A stretch of 64,000 nucleotides of DNA, from NCBI GenBank assembly GCA_964604995.1, contig CAZSAD010000001.1, positions 1-64,000 of the forward strand, read 5' to 3'. Position numbers and translations under genes: made by a program. The notes under the pieces were generated by a model. It did not search any database. It was not told the DNA's origin and saw nothing but the letters and a program-made list of their open reading frames with translations. The stretch is from an uncultured Methanosarcinales archaeon. GTDB lineage: Archaea > Nanobdellota > Nanobdellia > Woesearchaeales > JABMPP01. Shown one piece after another: positions 1-9,937 of the stretch; the first letter of the stretch is position 1; each line of letters begins with the position of its first letter.

Positions 1-1596
1 ATAAGCAAAAACTTTAGTATCTGGCTGTAAATTTTGTTGCATCCAAATATAAGTATTCAATTCTTCTTGTGAAGTCCAACCTTGTCCAAAACCCCACATT
101 GCAGTATTAACACTATACTTTTGAACTCCAGATGTAAAAATAACACCTGCAATCACTAATACTAAAACAACAATTAAAGGTATTTCAATTTTTTTTGTAA
201 ATTCTTTTAATAACCACATTCCTTCAGCAGCAAGTAATGCAGCAGGTATTGCAAATACCATCCAAAATCTAAAACTATAAAGTCCAAAGGGTAAATTAAA
301 TGTCATTGTATTAAATCCTAAGAATGCATAAATTCCCCACAAACTTAATATTAACATGTAACTATATTCTTTTTTTAGAATTTTTTTATACATAACAATA
401 GTTGCAATAAGTCCTAAAACAATAAGGATGCAAACAACCCACCCTATACCAATTGGATTATTTATCATATTTTGACTTTTTGCAAAAACTATTTCATCAA
501 AACTATAAGGTCTTGTTGCACTTCCTGAAGAGGCAGGAAATGCTTTTTGCAACATATGGAAAGCTTTAACGAATATATTTGGGTCAGTTCCTGCATTAAT
601 TAATGGATTTGCATTTTGTCCAGCAGGACCTGTAAATAACATTTGTTTCCATCTTGTTGCCCACCACACTAATGAAAGTAAATATCCTCCAACAATACCC
701 CTAGTAAGGTGCCAATTTATTTTTTTCTCACTAATCCATTTTATTGTTATAAAAAATAAGTAAATAAACAAGAATTTTATTGGCTTAGTTGGTTGTGTTA
801 AACAAATAGCAGCAATTGATATTGCAAGAACGTAAGCATAATCTTTATTTTCATTAATCATTTCAATACAATATATCGAAACCAAAAAAAGAGTCATTGA
901 TAAACTATGTGACCAAATAAAATGACTAAGATAACTAGGTATACAAGCAAAAACAAATGTTGCAAATAATGCTTTGTAAATATCTTTTAAAAATCTTTTC
1001 GCAAAGAAATAGAAAAATAATATTCCAAGTGATACTATAAGTGAATTAAAAAATTTTAGTGTCCAAAACAAGGAGGAGGAAGTTTGATGCATTATTCCCA
1101 TAATCAAATCATATCCTGGAGGATAAGGATTAAGATACATAAAATCTCCTTCAGGTGCAAATACTGTTTTTTCAACAGCAATAAACTTAGCAGAAGAGGC
1201 ATGATGCCAAGGATCATCATCTTCAAGCCAAGGATAAGCAAATGCTCCTGTTGTGTACATATATAATGTAAAAGCAAAAATAATAAGCACGATTCCTAAT
1301 ATCAAATTTGATTTAGTAAACTTCAATTCAATCTTTGGGAATTTTCTTTTTGTTGCTAAATTATATATTAAATCATAAAATGGTAATATTAAAGACAATA
1401 TTAAAAATATCCACCAATTTAAAGGTATTTTAATAAGACTAAGAAGAATTCCAATTAAAGGAATAGTAGCAAGACCAAACCCAATTCTCATTATATTTCT
1501 TTCAAAGAAATTGTCAATTTGTTTTAGCCATCTTGTAATACTATAACCAAATCCCCAAGTATAAATAAAAAATAGTAATATTGTAAGCCAACTCAT
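1..1596 (-). CDS. GT-C-superfamily multi-pass membrane glycosyltransferase-like protein (partial, runs off the window start; absent from the ORF track)
   Basis: Hand translation from ATG 1596 (GGGGA SD; alternative in-frame ATG 1608): MSWLTILLFFIYTWGFG...FFERNIMRIGFGLA...YPWLEDDDPWHHAS...NPYPPGYD..., many TM segments, ending ...TYIWMQQNLQPDTKVFAY at the edge. Acidic motif after an early TM resembles the AglB D-P-x-W loop. Confidence 0.75.
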   Translation of the reverse strand, partial: MSWLTILLFFIYTWGFGYSITRWLKQIDNFFERNIMRIGFGLATIPLIGILLSLIKIPLNWWIFLILSLILPFYDLIYNLATKRKFPKIELKFTKSNLILGIVLIIFAFTLYMYTTGAFAYPWLEDDDPWHHASSAKFIAVEKTVFAPEGDFMYLNPYPPGYDLIMGIMHQTSSSLFWTLKFFNSLIVSLGILFFYFFAKRFLKDIYKALFATFVFACIPSYLSHFIWSHSLSMTLFLVSIYCIEMINENKDYAYVLAISIAAICLTQPTKPIKFLFIYLFFITIKWISEKKINWHLTRGIVGGYLLSLVWWATRWKQMLFTGPAGQNANPLINAGTDPNIFVKAFHMLQKAFPASSGSATRPYSFDEIVFAKSQNMINNPIGIGWVVCILIVLGLIATIVMYKKILKKEYSYMLILSLWGIYAFLGFNTMTFNLPFGLYSFRFWMVFAIPAALLAAEGMWLLKEFTKKIEIPLIVVLVLVIAGVIFTSGVQKYSVNTAMWGFGQGWTSQEELNTYIWMQQNLQPDTKVFAY

Positions 1597-1635
1597 ATTA
1601 TCCCCCATTATTCCTACCTATAATTTTTAGAAACT

Positions 1636-1645
1636 TATTTAAATA
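1636..1645. promoter_or_regulatory. Palindromic TATA box (TATTTAAATA) between divergent genes
   Basis: Ends about 20 nt before ATG 1666 and about 27 nt from the minus-strand ATG 1608. Confidence 0.5.
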
Positions 1646-1665
1646 GCTTCGCCTTTTTTTACTAC

Positions 1666-2586
1666 ATGAAAGATGCAATAGCAAAAACAATAACAAAACA
1701 ACTAAAAGTTTTCGTTACAATACCTGCTTACAATGAGGAGAAAAGCATTGGTGATGTAATTGATGATGTAAAAAAAGTAATGGATAAAACCAATTACCAT
1801 TTTGGTGTTATGGTTTTAGATGATGGTTCATCTGATAATACAGCAAAAGTTGCAAAAAAATATGGTGCAATAGTTTATTCTCATCCAAGAAATATGGGGC
1901 TAGCTGAAGTTTTTAGAACTGAGATGGAAAAATGCTTAGAACATGGTGCAGATGTGATTATTCATATTGATGCAGATAGACAATACCGCGCATCAGATAT
2001 TCCTAAGTTACTAAAAGAAATTGAAAATGGCAATGATTTTGTTTTAGGAAGTAGATTTTTAGGGAATATTGAAAGCATGCCATTTATTAAAAAAATAGGC
2101 AATAAAGCTTTTTCAAGAGTAATATCAAAAATTACAAAATGTCATATTACTGACGGTCAAACAGGAATGCGTGCATTTACAAAAGAAGTTGCAAGTCAAA
2201 TTAAAATTATATCTAACCATACATACACTCAAGAACAAATAATAAGGGTTGCAAAAGCAAAATTCAAAATAAAAGAAGTGCCAGTTTATTTTGATAAAAG
2301 AAAAGATGGAAACAGTAGGCTTATGAGTAATCCATTTAACTATGCAATAAGGGCGTGGGTGAATTTATTTAGAATTTATAGGGATTACGAGCCATTAAAA
2401 TTTTTTGGTTATTTTGGATCGCTTTTTTTCCTGCCAGGATTTTTAGTTGGACTTTGGGTATTACACACTTTTTTTACAACAGGTCTTGTTGGAGCTCTTC
2501 CAAGAGTTCTTCTTAGTGTTCTTTTTATTAGTATAGGTGTTCAAATTTGGCTTTTTGGTTTTTTGGCAGATATGAACAGAAAATAA
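1666..2586 (+). CDS. GT2 polyprenol-phosphate glycosyltransferase (DPM1/AglJ-like) with two C-terminal TMs
   Basis: IPAYNEE, DDGSSD, IDAD (DXD), GSRF, DGQTG.RA, EVPV motifs; hydrophobic C-terminus. Confidence 0.9.
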   Translation: MKDAIAKTITKQLKVFVTIPAYNEEKSIGDVIDDVKKVMDKTNYHFGVMVLDDGSSDNTAKVAKKYGAIVYSHPRNMGLAEVFRTEMEKCLEHGADVIIHIDADRQYRASDIPKLLKEIENGNDFVLGSRFLGNIESMPFIKKIGNKAFSRVISKITKCHITDGQTGMRAFTKEVASQIKIISNHTYTQEQIIRVAKAKFKIKEVPVYFDKRKDGNSRLMSNPFNYAIRAWVNLFRIYRDYEPLKFFGYFGSLFFLPGFLVGLWVLHTFFTTGLVGALPRVLLSVLFISIGVQIWLFGFLADMNRK

Positions 2587-2678
2587 ATTGTTAAACAATT
2601 TTTCATTAAAATTTTAAATCAGCTTTTTAAATCGAGCTAAATATTGAAAATTACTTTATAGCAACTTAGTAAATTAAA

Positions 2679-3617
2679 ATGATAAAAAACAAATCAAATA
2701 AATCCAATCTAAAAAATATTATTAACCTCTTAAAACTAGTTCTTGGAGTTTTGATAATTTATTATCTTGTTTCAAAAATAGGGGTTCAAACAATTAAAGA
2801 TACTTTTATTAGTATGCATCCAACTTATTTAATATTAATAATTCTAAGTTATATTGTGAGTTTTACTTTAGGTGGACTTAACCTAAGACTTCTTTTAACT
2901 CCTCTTAAGCATAAAGCAACTTTATTAGACCTTACAAAATTTAATATCATTTCTTGGGCAGTAGGAATGGTATCCCCCGGAAAAATTGGTGAATTTACAC
3001 AGGTTGTTTTTTTAAAGAAAAAAGGTGTCCCATACGATCGAGGATTTGCACTTTCAATAATCGATAAAGTAATTACCTTTATAGTTTTTGCATTAATTGC
3101 AACAGCAGGTTTTTTTATTTTCTTAACTACACAAAAAGCAATAACTTTAACAATATTAACAATACTATTTTCAATATTTTTGGTGTATATTCTTGCTTTT
3201 TCCTATCCAGCTAATTTAATAATTAAAATTCTTCCAAAAAAATTAAGAAATATAACAACAAAATATCATTCATCAATAAAATATTATTTTATAAATCAAA
3301 AAAAATTGCTTTTTCTTAATGCGTTATATACTCTTGCAAAACTATTTATTATGTCAATTGTAATTTGGTTTGCATTCAAAGGATTTGACTGGGATGTAAA
3401 TTTATTTTTAATTCTTGTTGTAAATGCAACATCTATCATAATTAGTTTAATTCCAATTACCATTTCAGGTTTAGGGATTAGTCAAGCAATTTTAGTTTAT
3501 TTATTTAGTTTAGTTGGAATCCCAGAAAGTATATCAATTAGTGTTGCAATACTTCTTCTCATCATAAATTATGGAATAGCATTCTTATCAATCATACTTT
3601 TCAAAATGGAAAAATGA
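2679..3617 (+). CDS. Flippase-like membrane protein (UPF0104 / LPG-synthase TM-domain family)
   Basis: About 8 TMs; SPGKIGEF and IPITISGLG motifs typical of the family. Confidence 0.8.
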   Translation: MIKNKSNKSNLKNIINLLKLVLGVLIIYYLVSKIGVQTIKDTFISMHPTYLILIILSYIVSFTLGGLNLRLLLTPLKHKATLLDLTKFNIISWAVGMVSPGKIGEFTQVVFLKKKGVPYDRGFALSIIDKVITFIVFALIATAGFFIFLTTQKAITLTILTILFSIFLVYILAFSYPANLIIKILPKKLRNITTKYHSSIKYYFINQKKLLFLNALYTLAKLFIMSIVIWFAFKGFDWDVNLFLILVVNATSIIISLIPITISGLGISQAILVYLFSLVGIPESISISVAILLLIINYGIAFLSIILFKMEK

Positions 3618-3780
3618 AGAAATTAAATTCTAATTTATTTCAAAACGTTTTCAAAATTTCTAAATACTTTTCTTGTTAAAAGTTTGAACATTTTTTCGAC
3701 ATAATAATTTTCATACTAAAATGTACAAAACCTTAATTCCATAACAAGATTTATAAATTGTATAATCTTCTTTTAAATAA

Positions 3781-4935
3781 ATGGAACCTCTAAAAGAAGT
3801 TACTATAACAGCTGTAGAAAAAAAGAATATTGCAGTATTAGGTGCAGGATTTTTTGGGATAATGGCTGCTATTAAATTGGCAGAGAGGGGATTTATAGTT
3901 ACAATTTTTGACAAGAATAAAGATATAATGCTTGGTGCAAGTTACATAAATCAAAATCGGATTCACTTGGGATATCATTACCCCCGAAGTGAAGAAACAG
4001 CTAAATCAAGTTTCATTTATCAAAAGGCGTTTTGCAATCTATTCAAGGACTGTGTTGTTACAAATTTTGATCATTATTATTGTGTTGCAAAAAAAAATAG
4101 TTTGGTCAATGGTCAACAATACAAAGATTTTTGTAAAAAATTAGATCTTCCTTTTATAGAGGAATTTCCACAAAATATCACTTGTTCAAAAGAAGAAATA
4201 GAAACTTGTTTAAAAGTTCCAGAACATATTTACGATGCTAATAAACTTAGGGAATTATTAAGGACTCAAATTTTAAATGAAGATACAATTATATTAACAC
4301 TTTCTACTGAAGTTACTGCAATTAAAAATGGCGGAAAAGGTTTTGAAATAACTTCTACAAAAGATGGTAAAATACAAAAATCTAAATTTGATGCAATAGT
4401 GAATGCTACATACTCTAATATAAATAAAATGGCACTTATGGCAGGTTTTAGTGTTAAAGATTATCAATATGAACTATGTGAGGTTCCTATTGTTAAAGTG
4501 CCCTGGGAAATTAGAACAGGATGTGGAATAATGGATGGACCATTTTTTGGTATACTTCCCTTTGGATTTTCTAATAACTACATGCTTTACGACGTTGAAA
4601 TTTCTGTAATTGAAAGATTTGTTGGTAAACTCCCAACATTTAAACATAGTATCTCTTATTATGATGAAACACCAAGAAAAGAAGAACGAATTAAAACATA
4701 CTTAAACAAAGCAAAAAAATATATTAAAGAAATGGATAAATGTAAATATTTATACTCTGCTTATATAACTAGAATAGTTCTACCAAATAGGGATAAAGAT
4801 GATGCAAGACCCACCGAGATAGTATTTCATGGTCAGGGATTTTGGTCAATATTTTCTGGAAAATTAAGCGCTGCGATTCCAGCTTCTGAAAAAATTACAG
4901 AAGAAGCAGAATTATTCTTCAATAATCAACAATAA
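3781..4935 (+). CDS. FAD-dependent oxidoreductase (DAO-like fold, glycan-cluster-associated family)
   Basis: GAGFFG Rossmann motif; GASYINQNRIHLGYHYPRS; MDGPFFG; IFSGK. TATA TTTATAAA at 3750-3757 suggests a leaderless transcript. Confidence 0.8.
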   Translation: MEPLKEVTITAVEKKNIAVLGAGFFGIMAAIKLAERGFIVTIFDKNKDIMLGASYINQNRIHLGYHYPRSEETAKSSFIYQKAFCNLFKDCVVTNFDHYYCVAKKNSLVNGQQYKDFCKKLDLPFIEEFPQNITCSKEEIETCLKVPEHIYDANKLRELLRTQILNEDTIILTLSTEVTAIKNGGKGFEITSTKDGKIQKSKFDAIVNATYSNINKMALMAGFSVKDYQYELCEVPIVKVPWEIRTGCGIMDGPFFGILPFGFSNNYMLYDVEISVIERFVGKLPTFKHSISYYDETPRKEERIKTYLNKAKKYIKEMDKCKYLYSAYITRIVLPNRDKDDARPTEIVFHGQGFWSIFSGKLSAAIPASEKITEEAELFFNNQQ

Positions 4936-4991
4936 TTTATAATCAATAAGTAAATTTAAATGTTATAAATAATAAATTGGATTGATTTATC

Positions 4992-6008
4992 ATGAAAAAC
5001 AAAAAAGTTGAAATCACTCTTATTGGCGGAGGCAAATATGCTTTAAATTTGATATTTAATGAATATCAACTTAATAAAAAATGTTCAATAAAATCAGTAA
5101 TTAGTCCACATTTATCAGAAGCATTAAAAAATAAACATCGGTTATCCGGTTTACCAATTTTACCAAATATCATAGAATGGAAAAAAAAATTCGGACTTCC
5201 AACTAATTACGATATTTTTGATCTTTGTGTACATTGTCACCTTTTGCCACAAATAATAGAAGAATTCGCTAATAACGGAGTTAAAAATTTTATCTTACCA
5301 AAACCTATAGCTACTCGTAAAAAAGAATTTAAAAAAATATTAAAACTCCAAAAAAAATTTAATCTTAATTGTGTTGTGGCTTCTCAATGGTATTACTCAT
5401 CACTAATTTCTAAAGCAAAAAAGATTATAAATGGCAACGTAAAAAAGAAAAATATATCGAAGATCATAATTGAGTTCTCTCAATTTTTTTCAGCTGAACA
5501 ATTAAAAAATTATTCTGTAATAACTGCTCTTCTCCCGCATATGCTCCAAATAATCCATTCAATGGATATAGATATTTCACACATGAATGGGAAAATAAAT
5601 TCTTTAAAAGTTTCAAATAATCATATCGAAGTAGAATATTTTGCAAAAAATTTTACACATGTTCCAATTAAATTGATTACTGATATAAAATCACATAACA
5701 CAAAACGAAATTTTATCGCTTATGATATTAATAATAAACCTATCATATCAATAGATTTTACAACTGAATTTAAAAATGGTAAAATCCTAAAATACCCTTC
5801 TATTAAATATAATGGGCAAAAAATAGTAATCAAAGAACGAGATTTAGGGATAATGGTTAAAAAGGAAATAGAATTTTTTTCCAATAAAAAAAATAAAAAT
5901 TTAATAGATGTGCTTACATTAGAAAAATATTTTCCAATTGAAAAAAATTTAATAGAAATAAATAATCAACACCAAAAATTGATAAGAAAAAGATTCTCTG
6001 CTATTTAG
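4992..6008 (+). CDS. Divergent Gfo/Idh/MocA-like NAD(P)-dependent oxidoreductase
   Basis: LIGGGKYA N-terminal Rossmann motif; ILPKPIA (variant of EKP); conserved-looking LPH. Confidence 0.55.
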   Translation: MKNKKVEITLIGGGKYALNLIFNEYQLNKKCSIKSVISPHLSEALKNKHRLSGLPILPNIIEWKKKFGLPTNYDIFDLCVHCHLLPQIIEEFANNGVKNFILPKPIATRKKEFKKILKLQKKFNLNCVVASQWYYSSLISKAKKIINGNVKKKNISKIIIEFSQFFSAEQLKNYSVITALLPHMLQIIHSMDIDISHMNGKINSLKVSNNHIEVEYFAKNFTHVPIKLITDIKSHNTKRNFIAYDINNKPIISIDFTTEFKNGKILKYPSIKYNGQKIVIKERDLGIMVKKEIEFFSNKKNKNLIDVLTLEKYFPIEKNLIEINNQHQKLIRKRFSAI

Positions 6009-7216
6009 TGTTTAATACTTACTGCAACCAAATACATTTTTTTATACATTTCTGAGATATTTTCAGCTGAATAATCTTTGGATCGTTTGATAGCATTTAA
6101 TTTTATTTTTTTCATAAGTATTTTATTAGTAATTAAACTTTGTAATATTTTAGAAAGTTCTTTTGTATCTTTTCCTTTGTATAAAAAACCATCTTTATTA
6201 TTTGTAATAACTTCATCATTGCCGCACCCATCTGTGGCGATCATCACACAACCTGCAGCCATTGCTTCTATTGTAATCGTTGCCATACTTTCTTGAATAC
6301 TAGGATTAACCATTATATCAATTTTTGAAAAATATTTTGGAATCTGATCATGATTTACCATCCCTAAAAATTTAATTTTATCTTTGCATCCGAGTTTATT
6401 ACTCATCTTTTGTAAATCATCCATTTCAGGACCATCACCTAATATCCACAGTTCAGAATTATTTACAATTTCCTCTTTTAAGTAAGAATAAGCGATTATC
6501 AAATCCTGAACACGTTTTTCGGGTACTAATCTTCTTGCTGTTCCAATAATGATTTTATTAGTTTTCTTTCTTTTCAATGAAAACATTTTAAGATCAGTAC
6601 TGTTTGGAATAATTTGCATTTTTTGAGTATTTAGTCCATATAACACTGCTCTTTCTTTCATGTATTCTGCAGGTGTTATAACAATATCACTTTTATTATT
6701 AACATAGTTCAATAACATATTAACAAATAAATTGGGTTTTAGGTGTAATTCAGCACCCCATACAGTTGTTATAATCGGTTTATTAATCTGATTTTTTACA
6801 AGGCAAGCAAGAAATCCTGAAGGAATAAGCCAGTGTGCATGTATCACATCATAATCTTTAGCAATTTTTTTTAAGTACTTTATTGTATTAATTGTGTAAC
6901 CAATCAGCTCCATTTTTGGAACAATCCCTTTTTTTACAGACGGAATTAATCCCCTCCCTTTATGGAGCATGGGCGTAAATAATTTGGTATAAGGGTACTC
7001 ATAAATTGTAGCGCCATCTTGTTTATATTCCTTGTATTTTTTATCTGTCGAAAAAATCATAACACCCACTTGGACATTTTTTTTAACAAGAGCCTTTACA
7101 ATATTTCTAATAAATGGTCCAAGATTTGAACCTTTTATTGGATAAGAAGACGTAAGCATCAAAACTCTTAATTTTTTTTCACTTTTATTTTTCTTTGCTA
7201 CTGTTTGCTTTCTCAT
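6005..7216 (-). CDS. GT4 glycosyltransferase
   Basis: LTSSYP, HAHW, TARRLVPEKRV, GDGP, PSIQESMATITIEAMAAG (E-x7-E). Start set at ATG 7216 to avoid overlap with the upstream gene. Confidence 0.9.
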   Translation of the reverse strand: MRKQTVAKKNKSEKKLRVLMLTSSYPIKGSNLGPFIRNIVKALVKKNVQVGVMIFSTDKKYKEYKQDGATIYEYPYTKLFTPMLHKGRGLIPSVKKGIVPKMELIGYTINTIKYLKKIAKDYDVIHAHWLIPSGFLACLVKNQINKPIITTVWGAELHLKPNLFVNMLLNYVNNKSDIVITPAEYMKERAVLYGLNTQKMQIIPNSTDLKMFSLKRKKTNKIIIGTARRLVPEKRVQDLIIAYSYLKEEIVNNSELWILGDGPEMDDLQKMSNKLGCKDKIKFLGMVNHDQIPKYFSKIDIMVNPSIQESMATITIEAMAAGCVMIATDGCGNDEVITNNKDGFLYKGKDTKELSKILQSLITNKILMKKIKLNAIKRSKDYSAENISEMYKKMYLVAVSIKH

Positions 7217-7235
7217 TTTTATTAAATCATATATT

Positions 7236-8168
7236 TTAAATCTGCGTCTTAAAATATTCAACTGTTTTTTTCAATCCATCATCTAACCTTACTTTAGGTT
7301 CCCAATTCAAGAATTGTTTAGCTAAGGTGATGTCTGGTTTTCTTTGCTTAGGATCATCCTGTGGCAATGGCTCAAAAATTATCTTTGATTTTGATTTGGT
7401 CATTTTAATTATTTTTTCTGCTAGTTCCATTATTGTAAATTCGCCGGGATTTCCAATATTTACAGGTCCAGTTGTTTTTTCATTGTTCATAAGTTTATAC
7501 AATCCTTCAACCATATCAGATACATAGCAAAAACTTCTTGTTTGGTTCCCTTTTCCATAAACTGAAATATCTTTTCCTTCCAAAGCTTGTACTACAAAAT
7601 TACTAACAACTCTGCCATCATCTTTTGCCATTTTAGGACCATATGTATTAAAAATTCTTGCAACTCTTATGTCTACTTTATTTTGGCGATGATAATCAAA
7701 CATTAATGTTTCAGCAACTCTTTTGCCTTCATCATAACATGAACGAATTCCAATTGTATTCACATTTCCCCAATATGTTTCCTTTTGTGGATGCTCTGAT
7801 GGGTCACCATAAACTTCGCTTGTAGAAGCTTGCAGTATTCTTGCTTTGTGTTTTTTTGCCATGCCAAGCATATTAGTTGTTCCAAGTACATTTGCTTTTA
7901 TTGTTCTAATAGGATTAAATTGATAATGAACTGGACTTGCTGGACATGCTAAGTTATATATCTGGTCCACTTTTTTTTCAATGAAAAGTGGTGTGATAAT
8001 GTCATGTTCAATTAATTCAAAATTTTTTTCTTTTAGAAGTTCTTTGATATTTTCTTTTTTTCCTGTAAAAAAATTATCTACACAAATAACATGATTTTTT
8101 TGTCTAACTAAATATTCACATAAATGACTTCCAATAAATCCAGCGCCACCAGTTACGACAATTCTCAT
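7236..8168 (-). CDS. uxs: UDP-glucuronate decarboxylase (UDP-xylose synthase)
   Basis: [57 protein letters not shown]. Confidence 0.93.
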   Translation of the reverse strand: MRIVVTGGAGFIGSHLCEYLVRQKNHVICVDNFFTGKKENIKELLKEKNFELIEHDIITPLFIEKKVDQIYNLACPASPVHYQFNPIRTIKANVLGTTNMLGMAKKHKARILQASTSEVYGDPSEHPQKETYWGNVNTIGIRSCYDEGKRVAETLMFDYHRQNKVDIRVARIFNTYGPKMAKDDGRVVSNFVVQALEGKDISVYGKGNQTRSFCYVSDMVEGLYKLMNNEKTTGPVNIGNPGEFTIMELAEKIIKMTKSKSKIIFEPLPQDDPKQRKPDITLAKQFLNWEPKVRLDDGLKKTVEYFKTQI

Positions 8169-8256
8169 ATTATTTTACCAATCCTTTACTCAAAAAATAC
8201 TAAGTTTAACTTTAAATAAAAAATAAAATTTTAAATAAAACAAAATAATCAAATGT

Positions 8257-9570
8257 TTACACCACAGCTTTTCTTCCAATGCTATAATATTTAAAACCTA
8301 ATTTTTTCATTTCTAATGGGTCATATACATTTCTTCCATCAAATATCAAATTTGCTTTCATTAGTTTTTTTATTTTTGAAAAATCAGGGCTTCTAAATTC
8401 ATCCCATTCAGTGCATATCACAAGCGCATCAGCATCTTTAAGTGCATCATATGGGGTTTTTACATAGGTAATATCGTTTAATTCTTTTTGTGCAGTTTCT
8501 TCTGCAACAGGATCAAAAGCCGCAATTGTTGCACCCATTTTTTGAAGTTCATTAATTATTACAATTGAAGGAGCTTCTCTCATATCATCAGTTTTTGGTT
8601 TAAATGCTAGGCCCCAAACTGCAAATTTCTTGCCTTTCAAATCCTTCATTTCGGTTTTTATTTTTTCAACAATATTTCTTTTCTGCTTTTTATTAACAGC
8701 TTCAACAGCATCAAGTATTTCAGCGCTGCAGCCATGTTCTTTTAAAGTATGGATTATAGCTTGCACATCCTTTGGAAAGCAGCTTCCGCCATAGCCAACA
8801 CCTGCTTGCAAAAATCTTGGTCCTATTCTATCATCTAAACCCATTCCTTTAGCAACGAGTTTTATGTCAGCTCCAATTTTTTCGCAAAGAGGTGACAACT
8901 GATTCATAAATGAAATTCTTGTTGCAAGCATTGCATTACTTGCATATTTTATAAGTTCAGCACTTTTTACATCCGTAACTAAAATAGGTCTTCCTGTTCT
9001 TTCAATGCCTTGATACACCAAAGTCATAACTTCTTTTGCTTTTTGTGAATCAACACCAATTACAACTCTGTCCGGTACCATAAAATCACTAATAGCTTCA
9101 CCTTCTCTTAAAAATTCAGGATTTGATACAACATCAAATTTTTGGTCTTTATTTTTGAGATTGGCTTTAATTACTTCTTTTACTTTGTCAGCTGTTCCAA
9201 CAGGAACTGTGCTTTTATCAACAATTACTTTATAACCATTCATGTGCTCTCCAATGCTTTTCGCAACTTCTAAGACATAGCCTAAAAATGCTTGACCATC
9301 ATCACCTTGTGGAGTTCCAACAGCAATAAATATTACTTCAGAATTTTCAATTGCAAATTTGCTATCAGTTGTAAAATTTAGTCTTTCTTCTTTTGAGTTA
9401 ATTTTGATTAATTCACTCAAACCTGGTTCAAAAATTGGAACAATTCCCACTTTTAAATTGTCTATCTTTTTTTTGTCTCTACCCACACAAATAATATCAT
9501 TACCAAGACTAGCTAAACATGCTGCTGCTACAAGCCCAACATAACCTGGACCAAATACTGCGATTTTCAT
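8257..9570 (-). CDS. ugd: UDP-glucose 6-dehydrogenase
   Basis: GPGYVG, IAVGTP, KSTVPVGT, SNPEFLREG, GYGGSCFPKD, GLAFKP.TDDMRE. Alternative start TTG 9579. Confidence 0.95.
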   Translation of the reverse strand: MKIAVFGPGYVGLVAAACLASLGNDIICVGRDKKKIDNLKVGIVPIFEPGLSELIKINSKEERLNFTTDSKFAIENSEVIFIAVGTPQGDDGQAFLGYVLEVAKSIGEHMNGYKVIVDKSTVPVGTADKVKEVIKANLKNKDQKFDVVSNPEFLREGEAISDFMVPDRVVIGVDSQKAKEVMTLVYQGIERTGRPILVTDVKSAELIKYASNAMLATRISFMNQLSPLCEKIGADIKLVAKGMGLDDRIGPRFLQAGVGYGGSCFPKDVQAIIHTLKEHGCSAEILDAVEAVNKKQKRNIVEKIKTEMKDLKGKKFAVWGLAFKPKTDDMREAPSIVIINELQKMGATIAAFDPVAEETAQKELNDITYVKTPYDALKDADALVICTEWDEFRSPDFSKIKKLMKANLIFDGRNVYDPLEMKKLGFKYYSIGRKAVV

Positions 9571-9603
9571 AGGTTTCAATCCCCCTTTCTTTAAATAATA
9601 TAA

Positions 9604-9647
9604 ACTAAGATAAATTTACACTAAGATAGATTTACGAATAAATCTAT
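9604..9647. repeat. Tandem 16-nt direct repeat plus overlapping 9-bp inverted repeat upstream of ugd
   Basis: ACTAAGATA(A/G)ATTTAC at 9604-9619 and 9620-9635; ATAGATTTA-cgaa-TAAATCTAT at 9626-9647. Confidence 0.55.
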
Positions 9648-9729
9648 TGTTTATATAGTTTTTGGAGATATAAAAGCTGATTATATGAAAATAAATAGCT
9701 TTATAAAGCTTATAAATTTACTCAATTTT

Positions 9730-9841
9730 AGACGGCCAAAGGGGCTTGGTTCTACCCGATCCCATTTCGAACTCGGAAGTCAAGCAAGCCTCCGTTCCAA
9801 GTTGTACTATCCTCAGGATGGGAACCTTGGAAAGCTGTCAC
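9730..9841 (+). rRNA. rrf: 5S rRNA (archaeal type, unlinked from 16S/23S)
   Basis: GC-rich island; helix I GACGGC/GCTGTC; conserved CCCGATCCCATTTCGAACTCGGAAGTCAAG and GTACT...GGGAA; TATA TTTATAAA at 9700-9707. Confidence 0.93.
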
Positions 9842-9937
9842 CTTAATCTTTAATTATCTTAAAATTACAAATCAATTTATATCCAATTATATCATCACAT
9901 AATTATATCTAATTACAATCAAATCATAATTTAGATT

